From Patescibacteria group bacterium (GTDB taxonomy: Bacteria > Patescibacteriota > Minisyncoccia > Phycocordibacterales > JBBUBG01), in the NCBI GenBank assembly GCA_040384765.1, contig JAZKIQ010000001.1, forward strand, positions 67,246-122,616: a stretch of 55,371 nt of DNA, given 5' to 3'. The notes below the pieces were generated by a model that was not told the DNA's origin, searched no databases, and saw only the letters and a list, made by a program, of their open reading frames with translations. A program made the position numbers and the translations under genes. Below are positions 44,239-54,298 of this stretch, piece after piece. Position 1 is the stretch's first letter; each line of letters begins with the position of its first letter.

Positions 44239-44775
44239 CTATGAGTGATTCTTGTACGCCTCTGTCGCCTTCTTCACCTCAGCGAGCGCAAACGCGGCAT
44301 CTTTCCATCCGTTGATGACTACTTTGTCGTACTTTGCCTTTTCAAGCTTTTTGATCTCCTTAAAATGGAGGAGCAGCTCCTCACGCACATGTGCAGGGAG
44401 ATTTTCGTATGATTGCATCTCTTCAAAGCGTGGGTCGAGCTTGGAGACAGGCACTGCAAGCACCTTGAGATCGGTCCCCTTCTCATCTGCAGTGTCGATT
44501 GCACCGATAATGCGCGCTTTTACCACACAGCCTGGAAAGGTGGGATAGGTGGTAAGGAGCACCACGTCGATGCCGTCGCCATCGCCCGCATGTGTCTGCG
44601 GGACAAAGCCGTAGTCAAAGGGGTAGAACATCTGGTGGTGGAGTACACGGTCGAGCTTGAAGTAGCCACCCTCCTCGTCATATTCGTACTTATTCGAGCC
44701 GCCCCGAGGGATATCCACAACTACGTTGATCGATCCGTCGTCGTCGAGGCCTTTAATATCTTTGTAGAGATTCAT
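44239..44775 (-). CDS. ppa: inorganic pyrophosphatase (family I)
   Basis: VVDIPRGGSNKYEYDEEGGYFKLDRVL, YPFDYGFVPQT and GDGDGIDVVLL. Confidence 0.9.
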   Translation of the reverse strand: MNLYKDIKGLDDDGSINVVVDIPRGGSNKYEYDEEGGYFKLDRVLHHQMFYPFDYGFVPQTHAGDGDGIDVVLLTTYPTFPGCVVKARIIGAIDTADEKGTDLKVLAVPVSKLDPRFEEMQSYENLPAHVREELLLHFKEIKKLEKAKYDKVVINGWKDAAFALAEVKKATEAYKNHS

Positions 44776-44849
44776 GAATCGTATCGTTATTGAATTGAAA
44801 GTCTTTTAAGGGTAGCAAAAGCATGGTACATTTTCAAACGTGTTTTAAG

Positions 44850-44880
44850 GGGCCTATATAACTGGATACAATATAGGCCC
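44850..44880 (+). repeat. conserved 31-nt hairpin motif, copy 1 (GGGCCTATAT-AACTGGATACA-ATATAGGCCC)
   Basis: A 10-bp stem and 11-nt loop, 43 nt upstream of tRNA-Ala(GGC). A second copy at 51039..51069 carries a compensatory stem change. Confidence 0.6.
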
Positions 44881-44922
44881 AACTGTCAGAGGAAATGAGC
44901 ATTCGCTCGTTTTCCTCCTTAC

Positions 44923-44993
44923 GGGCCTATGGTGAAACGGTATCACACGTCCATGGCATGGACGGAGCCCGGGTCCGACTCCCGGTAGGTCCA
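44923..44993 (+). tRNA. tRNA-Ala (anticodon GGC), G3:U70 present, no encoded CCA
   Basis: GGGCCTA TG GTGA AACGGTA TCAC A CGTCC ATGGCAT GGACG GAGC CCGGG TCCGACT CCCGG TAGGTCC A. Confidence 0.8.
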
Positions 44994-45135
44994 CAATAAG
45001 TTGGCTACTTCTCATTTCGCTGAGCTTTTCTTTGCTCTTGTTCACTAGCAGATTTGGGTATAATTAGACGCCCTAGCCATACTATCTAATCTGTGTTATA
45101 CTGAGTATCCCTAAATAGCGTTTTATTTTCATCCT

Positions 45136-45738
45136 ATGCACGACGAGCTTCTCCAGATAGTCGATCCCGCCACTGGCGAGCCAACAGGTGATCATGTACC
45201 CCGCTCAGAGCTTTTTGAAAAGAAGCTCTGGTGCCGCACCACCAATATTTTTGTCCTCAACTCAAAAGGCGAGCTTTTGTGTCACCAGCGCTCACTCTCA
45301 AAGGAACGCTATCCTGGAGCATGGTCAACGCACTTTGGAGGCCATGTCACCAAAAACGAGTCGTTTAAAATGAGCGCTCTCAAGGAGCTGGGTGAGGAGA
45401 TCGGCCTTGCCGTACATCCGCATCAGCTCATCCCTTGGCGCACCAGCCGCAAAGATGTCCAGCGCATCTGGATTCGCGACTTCATTACCGTATTCGAAGG
45501 AGATGTATCAGAACTGAAGCTTCAAAAAGAGGAGCTCGAGGCCGTAAAATGGTACTCCCCTGAGGCAATCATCGAGATGCTTAGTACCGATGGCGAAGAC
45601 GGCGGATGGCTCGCGGGGACGCACGACTTCCATACCGACTATCAGTGCATGCGAGCCGTACTCACTGCAGGGATCGATGCCGGACTTTTTGGTGGCGACT
45701 TCAAGCCCCTCCGCAACTGGCACCCGCCGCTCGCTTAA
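45136..45738 (+). CDS. Nudix hydrolase (IDI-like subfamily, but lacking the IDI catalytic Cys)
   Basis: Nudix box GGHVTKNESFKMSALKELGEEIGL. QRSLSKERYPGAWSTHFGGH parallels isopentenyl-diphosphate isomerase [20 protein letters not shown]. Confidence 0.65.
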   Translation: MHDELLQIVDPATGEPTGDHVPRSELFEKKLWCRTTNIFVLNSKGELLCHQRSLSKERYPGAWSTHFGGHVTKNESFKMSALKELGEEIGLAVHPHQLIPWRTSRKDVQRIWIRDFITVFEGDVSELKLQKEELEAVKWYSPEAIIEMLSTDGEDGGWLAGTHDFHTDYQCMRAVLTAGIDAGLFGGDFKPLRNWHPPLA

Positions 45739-45831
45739 AAAGCGAACTGGCCATATGAAAAAGGGAGCGCGCAAGCGCTCCCTTTTTCATATGGGCCTAT
45801 GTGCTACAGTAGACTCGTATCAACGGGCTAA

Positions 45832-47583
<1,752 letters not shown>

Positions 47584-47587
47584 CGCC

Positions 47588-47635
47588 GAACAAAAAGAGA
47601 ACCTGCTCGCTTGCGAGCAGGTTCTCTTTTTGTTC
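47588..47635. terminator. bidirectional terminator between pyrG and the convergent membrane-protein gene
   Basis: GAACAAAAAGAGAACCTGCTCGC-TT-GCGAGCAGGTTCTCTTTTTGTTC, a 23-bp perfect stem. Confidence 0.8.
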
Positions 47636-47644
47636 GAGCTACAC

Positions 47645-48583
47645 CTACATAAACCGCAGCTTGGAGAGAAAGGCACCCATCACACCACCCGCAGTGCCCG
47701 CAGCTACCGCTACAGCAACCTCCGCTGCCCCATACTGATACTCAAGTGGAAGAAACCCACTCGCAAAGCCGTGAAGGATAGCGGCATAAAAGAAGCCGGC
47801 GACTGCACCGAGAGTCAATTTTGAATATCTACCCCACAGAAGATCCACCAATATTGCTGGAATAAAAAGCGCGAGCAGCTCAAGAAACGCGGGAGCACGT
47901 TCGTAAGGAAGCACTCCCGTGCCAGCGGCGACTTTGTCAGAAAAACGTACAGCAAGGGGGATGAGGAAAAACACCATCGTCAAAAATGCCACCCCAAACC
48001 CTTTTAGCTTGTCTCGTGCAAACGAGAGAGAGTATGAAAGCACGAGCGCCGCAAAAAAAGCACCTGCAAAACCAACGATATGGTACGACCCGCGCGGGTC
48101 AAAAGGGATAACAAAATAGGCAAAGATATGATAGATGCCACCAAACACCATTGGCACAAAAAGTCTCTTCGGCTCCTCTTCATCAGCAAGGAGAAAAGGC
48201 AACACGGTGAGGAAGGAGGCGAGAAGACCGAACACAATCATGAGGTGCGGAGGACTCCAGATGATAAGGGGAGTGCTAAACACCTCTTTTCCAAACACCT
48301 GGTGCCAGATCTCATCGAGGGGAGCCGCGAGCAGGATCACCGAGAGTGAGAGTGCGAGTCTTCGCCAGATAAACGCCTCCTCTCCCCCTCGCTCTTGCCA
48401 CCAGGTAAAAATACCAAGCGCGGCTGCTCCAAACACCGAAGCGTACAGCATGAGGTGCGGGGCAATCCAAAAAGAGTCGCGACCCACAGCGCCGTGCCAC
48501 CAGATATCCCATGCGCCTGCCCACACGACACCGAAAAGGAGTACTGCGATAATACGAGCGCGAAGCACCAAGGAGAGATTCAT
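47645..48583 (-). CDS. hypothetical polytopic membrane protein
   Basis: The 312-aa ORF has about 9 hydrophobic segments. I recognise no family. Confidence 0.55.
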   Translation of the reverse strand: MNLSLVLRARIIAVLLFGVVWAGAWDIWWHGAVGRDSFWIAPHLMLYASVFGAAALGIFTWWQERGGEEAFIWRRLALSLSVILLAAPLDEIWHQVFGKEVFSTPLIIWSPPHLMIVFGLLASFLTVLPFLLADEEEPKRLFVPMVFGGIYHIFAYFVIPFDPRGSYHIVGFAGAFFAALVLSYSLSFARDKLKGFGVAFLTMVFFLIPLAVRFSDKVAAGTGVLPYERAPAFLELLALFIPAILVDLLWGRYSKLTLGAVAGFFYAAILHGFASGFLPLEYQYGAAEVAVAVAAGTAGGVMGAFLSKLRFM

Positions 48584-48660
48584 GGCAAAAGTATAGCAGA
48601 GATACTCTGGGAACTCCTGTGAATTTGAAAAAAAGTGCGTCTATGGCATAGTACGTTTGT

Positions 48661-50052
48661 ATGAAGTCACTCCTTTTGAAACATCCGCCCGTGTGGGCTG
48701 CGTTTTTGATCTTGACCGGCGCCGTACTCGGCGCCTCTATTAGTGTCTATGTTGCGGCGGAGGAGAAAGCAAATTCGATCGCTGTAGCCATACAGGGAGA
48801 GGTTCCCGGAGCAAGCAAGCTCACCTATGGGGCATCTCCCGCTCTTGCGAATGCCGAGTTTTTCAAAACAGTTCGCTCTACCTTTATTGCGGAAAAAAAG
48901 TCCTTCGTTGAGGCAAATCTCTCCGAAATGAAGCTTCGCGTGTACGAAAATGGGACGGTCATAAAGGAGGTGCCCATCCTCACCAAGGGCCGCATCGGAT
49001 CGTGGTGGGAAACACCAGCGGGAGTATATAAGGCCGATGCAAAGTACCCGGATCACTTCTCCTCTCTCGGCAAAGTACACCTTCCTTGGAGCATCCCTTT
49101 CCAGGGAAACTTTTTCATTCACGGCTGGCCCTACTACCCCGACGGCACTCCCGTATCTACTAAATATTCAGGAGGCTGTATTCGACTCTCTACAGAAGAT
49201 GCCAAGGTCGTGTACGACCTCATCAAAGTTGGCGAGCCGATCCTCGTGTACGCACACACGTTTGATCAGGACTCTTTTGCATATCAAACACGGGTGCCTA
49301 CCATCTCTGCTACGTCGTATCTCGCTGCAGATCTCAAAAACAACTACGTCTTTCTCTCGCGTAGCCAGAGCGATGTCCGCCCAATCGCATCGCTCACCAA
49401 GCTGATGACAGCGCTCGTTGCCACAGAATATATCAACCTCGAGCGCACAATCACCGTCACCAGCGAGATGATCGTAAAGACATCGAAGCCTCGCCTCATA
49501 CCCGGCACCAAGCTTTCTACCTACGACCTCCTCTTCCCTCTCCTCATGGAGTCCTCAAACGAGGCTGCTGTCGCCCTAGCAAAGATGCTCGGCCAAAACT
49601 ACTTCGTTTCACTCATGAACACCAAAGCAAAGACGCTCGGCATGACCCACAGCGTATTTGTAGACCCAAGCGGAGCGGGTGATGGAAACATATCTACCAC
49701 CGAAGACCTTTTCAATCTCGCCAAATATCTGTACGCAAATCGCAAATTTATCCTGGAGGTGTCGGATGGCCGAGTGACCAACAACGCCTATGGAGAGTCG
49801 GCATTTCCTGATGTTCAAAACTTCAATATCTTTGATCGCGACCCCGAGTTTGTTGGAGGCAAGGTAGGCCAAACGACCGCAGCAAAAGAGACAATCATGT
49901 CGATCTTCGAGATTGAGATAGGCGGCGAAAAACGCCCTATTGTATTTATCGCACTTGGCTCAGAAAACAACGGCAAAGATGTAGAGGCAATGAAGCGCTA
50001 TGTAGAAACAACATTTTCAGGCCAGTCGCTAAGTGGAGAGGCAGTGCGCTAG
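48661..50052 (+). CDS. fusion of an L,D-transpeptidase (YkuD) domain and a D-alanyl-D-alanine carboxypeptidase (S11 PBP) domain
   Basis: YkuD motif FFIHGWPYYPDGTPVSTKYSGGCIRL. S11 motifs RPIASLTKLMTAL (SxxK), ESSNEAA (SxN) and GGKVGQT (KxG). An N-terminal TM/signal segment is present. Confidence 0.7.
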   Translation: MKSLLLKHPPVWAAFLILTGAVLGASISVYVAAEEKANSIAVAIQGEVPGASKLTYGASPALANAEFFKTVRSTFIAEKKSFVEANLSEMKLRVYENGTVIKEVPILTKGRIGSWWETPAGVYKADAKYPDHFSSLGKVHLPWSIPFQGNFFIHGWPYYPDGTPVSTKYSGGCIRLSTEDAKVVYDLIKVGEPILVYAHTFDQDSFAYQTRVPTISATSYLAADLKNNYVFLSRSQSDVRPIASLTKLMTALVATEYINLERTITVTSEMIVKTSKPRLIPGTKLSTYDLLFPLLMESSNEAAVALAKMLGQNYFVSLMNTKAKTLGMTHSVFVDPSGAGDGNISTTEDLFNLAKYLYANRKFILEVSDGRVTNNAYGESAFPDVQNFNIFDRDPEFVGGKVGQTTAAKETIMSIFEIEIGGEKRPIVFIALGSENNGKDVEAMKRYVETTFSGQSLSGEAVR

Positions 50053-50054
50053 CT

Positions 50055-50390
50055 CTACTCCCCGATCATCTTCATAAACGCACTCACGAGTGACAAGACG
50101 ATCCCAAACAGAAACGCTGTACCAAATGATGCCACAGCAAAGCCAGGAACAATCGCTGATGCGAGCATGATCATAAGAGTATTGATCACCAGAGCAAAAA
50201 GGCCAAAAGTGAGCACGGTGACAGGAAGAGTAAGAACAATGAGAATTGGCCGCAAAAAAGCGTTAAGCACTCCAAGCACTATTGCCACCAAAAGAGCTGC
50301 GGTAAAGCCAGAAACCACTACCCCAGGAATAAGATATGCTGAGATAAGCACTGCTATCGTGGAGAGGACGAGGTGGATGAGGATTTTCAT
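50055..50390 (-). CDS. phage holin family (superfamily IV, 4-TM) membrane protein
   Basis: LISAYLIPGVVVSGFTAALLVAIVLGVLNAFLRPILIVLTLPVTVLTFGLFALVINTLMI is typical of the Phage_holin_4_2-type family. Confidence 0.6.
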   Translation of the reverse strand: MKILIHLVLSTIAVLISAYLIPGVVVSGFTAALLVAIVLGVLNAFLRPILIVLTLPVTVLTFGLFALVINTLMIMLASAIVPGFAVASFGTAFLFGIVLSLVSAFMKMIGE

Positions 50391-50399
50391 TGAGTAAAA

Positions 50400-50750
50400 T
50401 TATGGATATATTCGAACGGCACTCTTGAGTCCAAAGAGAACCATGGCGAGGATCAGTATCTTCGCACCATAGTTTGCGGGATCAAAAAACATCTTCGTAA
50501 ATGCGGACTCTACGCCAAAAATAGTATGCGTGGCGAGCGCGATCGGCAGGGTGAGCGCAACCCACTCAAGCCGTGTGATCGTTATCCCGAGCTTTGCGAC
50601 CTGGCGCGATAAAAAAGGAGCAAGAGCATACACGAGTAGATACGCTCCAATAGTATCTATCGCCGAGAAGGGCCCAAGTCTATAACTACGAAGATAGGTC
50701 ACCGCAGAATCAAGTGAAGGCATCGGCATAGTATAGTCTATGACGGCCAA
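50400..50750 (-). CDS. hypothetical membrane protein
   Basis: The 116-aa ORF has 3-4 hydrophobic segments and lies 9 nt upstream of the holin-family gene. Confidence 0.45.
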   Translation of the reverse strand: MAVIDYTMPMPSLDSAVTYLRSYRLGPFSAIDTIGAYLLVYALAPFLSRQVAKLGITITRLEWVALTLPIALATHTIFGVESAFTKMFFDPANYGAKILILAMVLFGLKSAVRIYP

Positions 50751-50813
50751 AGAGTGTAGTTCTGGATCGGCCTCCCCGGCACTTCATCCAATCCAAAGGG
50801 GAATCTAAAATTG

Positions 50814-50884
50814 TGGACCCTGCGAGAATCGAACTCGCGCCTCGGCAATGCGAATGCCGCGTAATACCACTTTACTAAGGGCCC
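50814..50884 (-). tRNA. tRNA-Ala (anticodon CGC), G3:U70 present, no encoded CCA
   Basis: GGGCCCT TA GTAA AGTGGTA TTAC G CGGCA TTCGCAT TGCCG AGGC GCGAG TTCGATT CTCGC AGGGTCC A. Confidence 0.8.
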
Positions 50885-50924
50885 TTAATTGCTGCCTTCA
50901 ACTATTTTTCAAAGGGTGCCCTGG

Positions 50925-50955
50925 TGCCGTGTACTAGCCACTTTACTAAGGGCCC
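50925..50955 (-). pseudogene. 5'-half fragment of tRNA-Ala(CGC)
   Basis: GGGCCCTTAGTAAAGTGGCTAGTACACGGCA is identical to the intact gene over the first 18 nt and related up to the anticodon stem. It diverges at the anticodon loop and lies 40 nt upstream of the intact gene on the same strand. Confidence 0.6.
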
Positions 50956-51038
50956 CGGGTTCAATGAATATATCCCACAGTTCGCTCTTGAACAAGCAGA
51001 AAAAATACGGTAGAGTGGTTTCTCGAGGGGTAAAGAGT

Positions 51039-51069
51039 GGGCCTGTATAACTGGGTACAATACAGGCCC
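51039..51069 (+). repeat. conserved 31-nt hairpin motif, copy 2 (GGGCCTGTAT-AACTGGGTACA-ATACAGGCCC)
   Basis: Same architecture as 44850..44880. The A-to-G change in the 5' arm is compensated by T-to-C in the 3' arm. It lies 129 nt upstream of tRNA-Ala(UGC). Confidence 0.6.
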
Positions 51070-51198
51070 GTCAATCGCGGGAAATAAGGCGATGCCTTCT
51101 TTCGTCTCACGCGTCAGATCAAGAATTGCAAATTTCTATTTTCAATTCTTGCCTGCCGCATGAGACACGCAAGCTTCTGCTTGCTTCGCCGCTCATTA

Positions 51199-51269
51199 GG
51201 GCCTGTAGCTTAGTGGCAGAGCGCCCGGTTTGCATCCGGGATATGGGAGTTCGATTCTCCCCAGGTCCA
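51199..51269 (+). tRNA. tRNA-Ala (anticodon UGC), G3:U70 present, no encoded CCA
   Basis: GGGCCTG TA GCTT AGTGGCA GAGC G CCCGG TTTGCAT CCGGG ATAT GGGAG TTCGATT CTCCC CAGGTCC A. Confidence 0.85.
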
Positions 51270-51283
51270 CTGATAAAAGCATT

Positions 51284-51307
51284 AGCCGCCTTTTCGGGCG
51301 GTTTTTG
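51284..51307 (+). terminator. small terminator after tRNA-Ala(UGC)
   Basis: AGCCGCC-TTTTCG-GGCGGT followed by TTTTT. Confidence 0.5.
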
Positions 51308-51436
51308 CTTTTCAGTGGACCTGGAGCAATGCGCCTGCGCGCATTGCAAGGAGAATCGAAGGTCGGAGACATATTTTGTACCAACAAAATAGTCGAGACG
51401 GGGTCGAGAAAAATTTCTGGGAAATTTATTCGTGAC

Positions 51437-51455
51437 CGATTCTCCCCAGGTCCAC
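51437..51455 (+). repeat. 19-nt direct repeat of the tRNA-Ala(UGC) 3' end (att-like scar)
   Basis: cgattctccccaggtccac occurs at 51252-51270 (T-loop to discriminator plus 1 nt) and again at 51437-51455. Confidence 0.7.
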
Positions 51456-51498
51456 AAATTAAAAACGAGCCGCACCATGCGGCTCGTTTTTAATTTGT
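51454..51498. terminator. bidirectional terminator (21-bp perfect stem) between the tRNA region and the histidine kinase gene
   Basis: ACAAATTAAAAACGAGCCGCA-CCA-TGCGGCTCGTTTTTAATTTGT. Confidence 0.75.
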
Positions 51499-51519
51499 GT
51501 TGCTCCCGCTCCACATTCA

Positions 51520-53163
51520 TTACTTCCTGTATACCGGCAGGTCGACTATAAACGTTGACCCCTTCCCCTCTCCCGCAGATTGCGCGACGATCTCTCCCCC
51601 ATGGGCCTTTGCGATCTCGCGAGCAAGATAGAGCCCGAGCCCTACCCCTTCAGAGCTGGTAGCGACTCCTTCCTTTCCTCTGGAAAACTTCTGAAAGAGT
51701 TTCGCGAGCGTCTCCTTAGACATTCCGACTCCTGTGTCCGAGACAGCAAGGCGTACTCTTTTTGTATCCTTGGAAAGCGCTAGGGTAAGCGAACCCTTGG
51801 GTGTGTAGTGGATAGAGTTGTCGATGAGGTTAACGATCACATGGCGAAGCTTCTCTTTGTCGGCGCTCACCCAAAACTCCTCCCCCGCCGGAATCGAAAG
51901 AGAAAGATCAAGGCTCGCCATCCTCAGATTTGAAGACATCATCTCTGCAACTTCGCGCACAAGCGCGGAAAGCTCGAGGGGTACAAACGAGTAGTGGAGC
52001 GATCCGGCCTCAAGTGTCGAAGCGTCGAGAAAGTCATTGATCGTATGAATCAGATTTTTCCCCGACTGAAGCGTTTTCTCGACGGCCCCTTGGGCTTTTT
52101 TAGGAATCCGTCCAAACGACCCCTCCATCATCATAGAGGTGTAGCCCACAATAGAGGTGAGCGGTGCTCGCAGCTGGTGCGATGCGATAGAGATAAACTT
52201 TGCACGCTGCAGATCGAGTATCTGGAGGCGCTTGTTGGTCTCTTCGAGGGCAGTATTCGTTTTGGAAAGCGCGCTCGAAAGGGCTGCGAGGCGCTCGACA
52301 TTGTGTTCATTTTCAGCGAGAAGGCGTACCAAAAAGAAGTTGATGATCGCAAACGCAACAGCAGAGACAAGCTGGCCAATGAGCCCAAACTCCCCGCGGC
52401 CAATGAAAATATCAAATGAAACAATAACAGTAGTAGAAAGTGCCGCAACCTGTGCAAAAAAGAGTCTCCGAGACACTACCGAATATTCCACAATTGAGTA
52501 CGAGATGAGCGGCACCAGAAGGATCGGGATCATCGGCACGAGCCAGTAGTAGCGCTCGAAGCCAAAGAAGCGTGTCAGCACGAGAGCTACACCCAAAGTC
52601 CCAAATGCTACACCAAACATCACGATCATGCTCTTTGTGTGTTCCCTCTCATGCCCCTCCACTGCTTTTCTTCCTTTGCGGCGAAGCGTAGAGAGCCCGG
52701 CCACCACGAGTGCTGCAATATAGGCAAAGTGAAACTTCATTGCTGGGGTGTCCACAATATGCCGGTCGAGCGGCGAGGTACCGAAAATAAGCACCTCCTT
52801 GGCAAATGTGGCGGTTCCCAGGTAGAGATATGCCAAAAGAAACTCTATGGCAAAGAACGGCGTTGTTTTTCGAGAAAAAAACGCGGCATCATCCTCTTGG
52901 TCGTGCACCATCTGGCAAAAGAGATAGACGACAAGAGCAGCCAGGCTTCCAAACAGATGCCCGAGACGAACAAAGGAAAGCGCTCGCTCAGGATCGAGCG
53001 TCGCGTAGAAGGAGCCTATCGACGCTGCCCAGAACGAAAGGATCAGCACCACCCATACAAGCAGACGCGAAGAGCGCTTCTCGTTCATGGAAAAAAGGAT
53101 CGACCCAAACGACATGAGTACGATCGCGCACATCCAGATGAGTGCTGAGTAGATGTTGAGCAT
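51520..53163 (-). CDS. sensor histidine kinase with a polytopic N-terminal membrane domain
   Basis: H-box SIASHQLRAPLTSIVGYTSMM. HATPase_c motifs NLIDNSIHYTP, DTGVGM and GVGLGLYLAREIAKAHGGEI. No response regulator gene is adjacent. Confidence 0.85.
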   Translation of the reverse strand: MLNIYSALIWMCAIVLMSFGSILFSMNEKRSSRLLVWVVLILSFWAASIGSFYATLDPERALSFVRLGHLFGSLAALVVYLFCQMVHDQEDDAAFFSRKTTPFFAIEFLLAYLYLGTATFAKEVLIFGTSPLDRHIVDTPAMKFHFAYIAALVVAGLSTLRRKGRKAVEGHEREHTKSMIVMFGVAFGTLGVALVLTRFFGFERYYWLVPMIPILLVPLISYSIVEYSVVSRRLFFAQVAALSTTVIVSFDIFIGRGEFGLIGQLVSAVAFAIINFFLVRLLAENEHNVERLAALSSALSKTNTALEETNKRLQILDLQRAKFISIASHQLRAPLTSIVGYTSMMMEGSFGRIPKKAQGAVEKTLQSGKNLIHTINDFLDASTLEAGSLHYSFVPLELSALVREVAEMMSSNLRMASLDLSLSIPAGEEFWVSADKEKLRHVIVNLIDNSIHYTPKGSLTLALSKDTKRVRLAVSDTGVGMSKETLAKLFQKFSRGKEGVATSSEGVGLGLYLAREIAKAHGGEIVAQSAGEGKGSTFIVDLPVYRK

Positions 53164-53168
53164 GATTC

Positions 53169-54140
53169 CTAGCTACGGCTAGCGGCTCTTTCAACAAGAT
53201 GACTACAGAGGTCGAGATCGGAAAGCCCTGCCGCTCGAAGAGCCATGCCAGCAGGAGTGTGGTCACCAAACGAAGGGAGGGTGTTTACCTCAAGGAGGTA
53301 TGCACCTGTAGGATTTACGATAATATCTGCGCGGGAAAGATCACGCGCACTGAGCGCTTTGTGTGCTGCACGAGCCGTCTCTGCCACGAGCTCTTTGTCA
53401 CGAAAAGAGAGTATCCTGCTTGGGCACTCCATTAGGACCGAGCCCTCACGTTTGTGCTCCGTGGTGTACAGCTCCCAGCGCTGTCGCTGGATATGTACTG
53501 GGAAAAAGGCGTACATATCCTGACCACGAAACCCTTCAAGAATAAGCACGGTCACCTCCTCTCCCCGGATATACTCTTCGATCACGGCCACCTCTGACAA
53601 AAAGAATGCCCGCTCAAGGGCCGCGCCAAGCTTGTGAGGATCCCATACATACTCGAGACCAAGCGAAGAGCCCGAGCCTGATGGTTTTACCACCCACGGC
53701 GGCGCAACAGCTCTACGAATCTCTCCCGTGAGAGCATCCAGCCGCTCGAGATCTTCAACCCGGACACTCCATGAGCGAGGCGTACGGAGGCCAGCTTTTT
53801 TAAAAATATCTGACGAGAGATGCTTCTGCATCGCAAGAGCAGACGGTAGAGCACCTGACCCTACATACCGAACGCCGTGTTCGTCAAAAAGTCTCTGGAG
53901 CTTGCCGTCTTCGCCATATGCACCATGGAGCGCAGAGAGCGCTACATCAATCTGGGGAAAAAGCCTTTCGGGAGCGGTAGGCACGCCATTATGGAACCAC
54001 TCGCCACTCCGCGTGATAAAAATATCTTGAGGATGATGCGCCTCGGCAAGATGCTTAAGAAAATAAGCACCCGTGCGGAGGGATACATCATACTCAGGGC
54101 TCGGACCACCCCGAAGAACTGCCACACGCAGAGGAGACAT
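53169..54140 (-). CDS. ddl: D-alanine--D-alanine ligase
   Basis: MSPLRVAVLRGGPSPEYDVSLRTG, ALHGAYGEDGKLQ, VVKPSGSGSSLG and LEVNTLP. ATG at 54140 is preferred over the longer track start at 54221. Confidence 0.85.
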   Translation of the reverse strand: MSPLRVAVLRGGPSPEYDVSLRTGAYFLKHLAEAHHPQDIFITRSGEWFHNGVPTAPERLFPQIDVALSALHGAYGEDGKLQRLFDEHGVRYVGSGALPSALAMQKHLSSDIFKKAGLRTPRSWSVRVEDLERLDALTGEIRRAVAPPWVVKPSGSGSSLGLEYVWDPHKLGAALERAFFLSEVAVIEEYIRGEEVTVLILEGFRGQDMYAFFPVHIQRQRWELYTTEHKREGSVLMECPSRILSFRDKELVAETARAAHKALSARDLSRADIIVNPTGAYLLEVNTLPSFGDHTPAGMALRAAGLSDLDLCSHLVERAASRS

Positions 54141-54174
54141 ACAGAAAGTATACCACGTGAACGAGTGCGCTAGA

Positions 54175-54203
54175 TTGCTCATGTGTACAAAGTGTGGTAT
54201 TAT
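54175..54203 (+). promoter_or_regulatory. candidate sigma70-type promoter for the 54299 gene
   Basis: TTGCTC, a 17-nt spacer, then TATTAT. Confidence 0.35.
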
Positions 54204-54298
54204 CTCCGCTGGAAGTTGCACACAACAAAGCGAGTAGCGAGAACACGCAACTTCGTACCCTCAACCCCAGAAGAACCTGCTGCACGGAGACCTCTTAC

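Noticed and set aside
54141-54221. 27-codon N-terminal extension of ddl.
   Set aside because: The canonical Ddl N-terminus (MSPLRVAVLRGGPS) starts at ATG 54140, and the extension has no counterpart in Ddl proteins.
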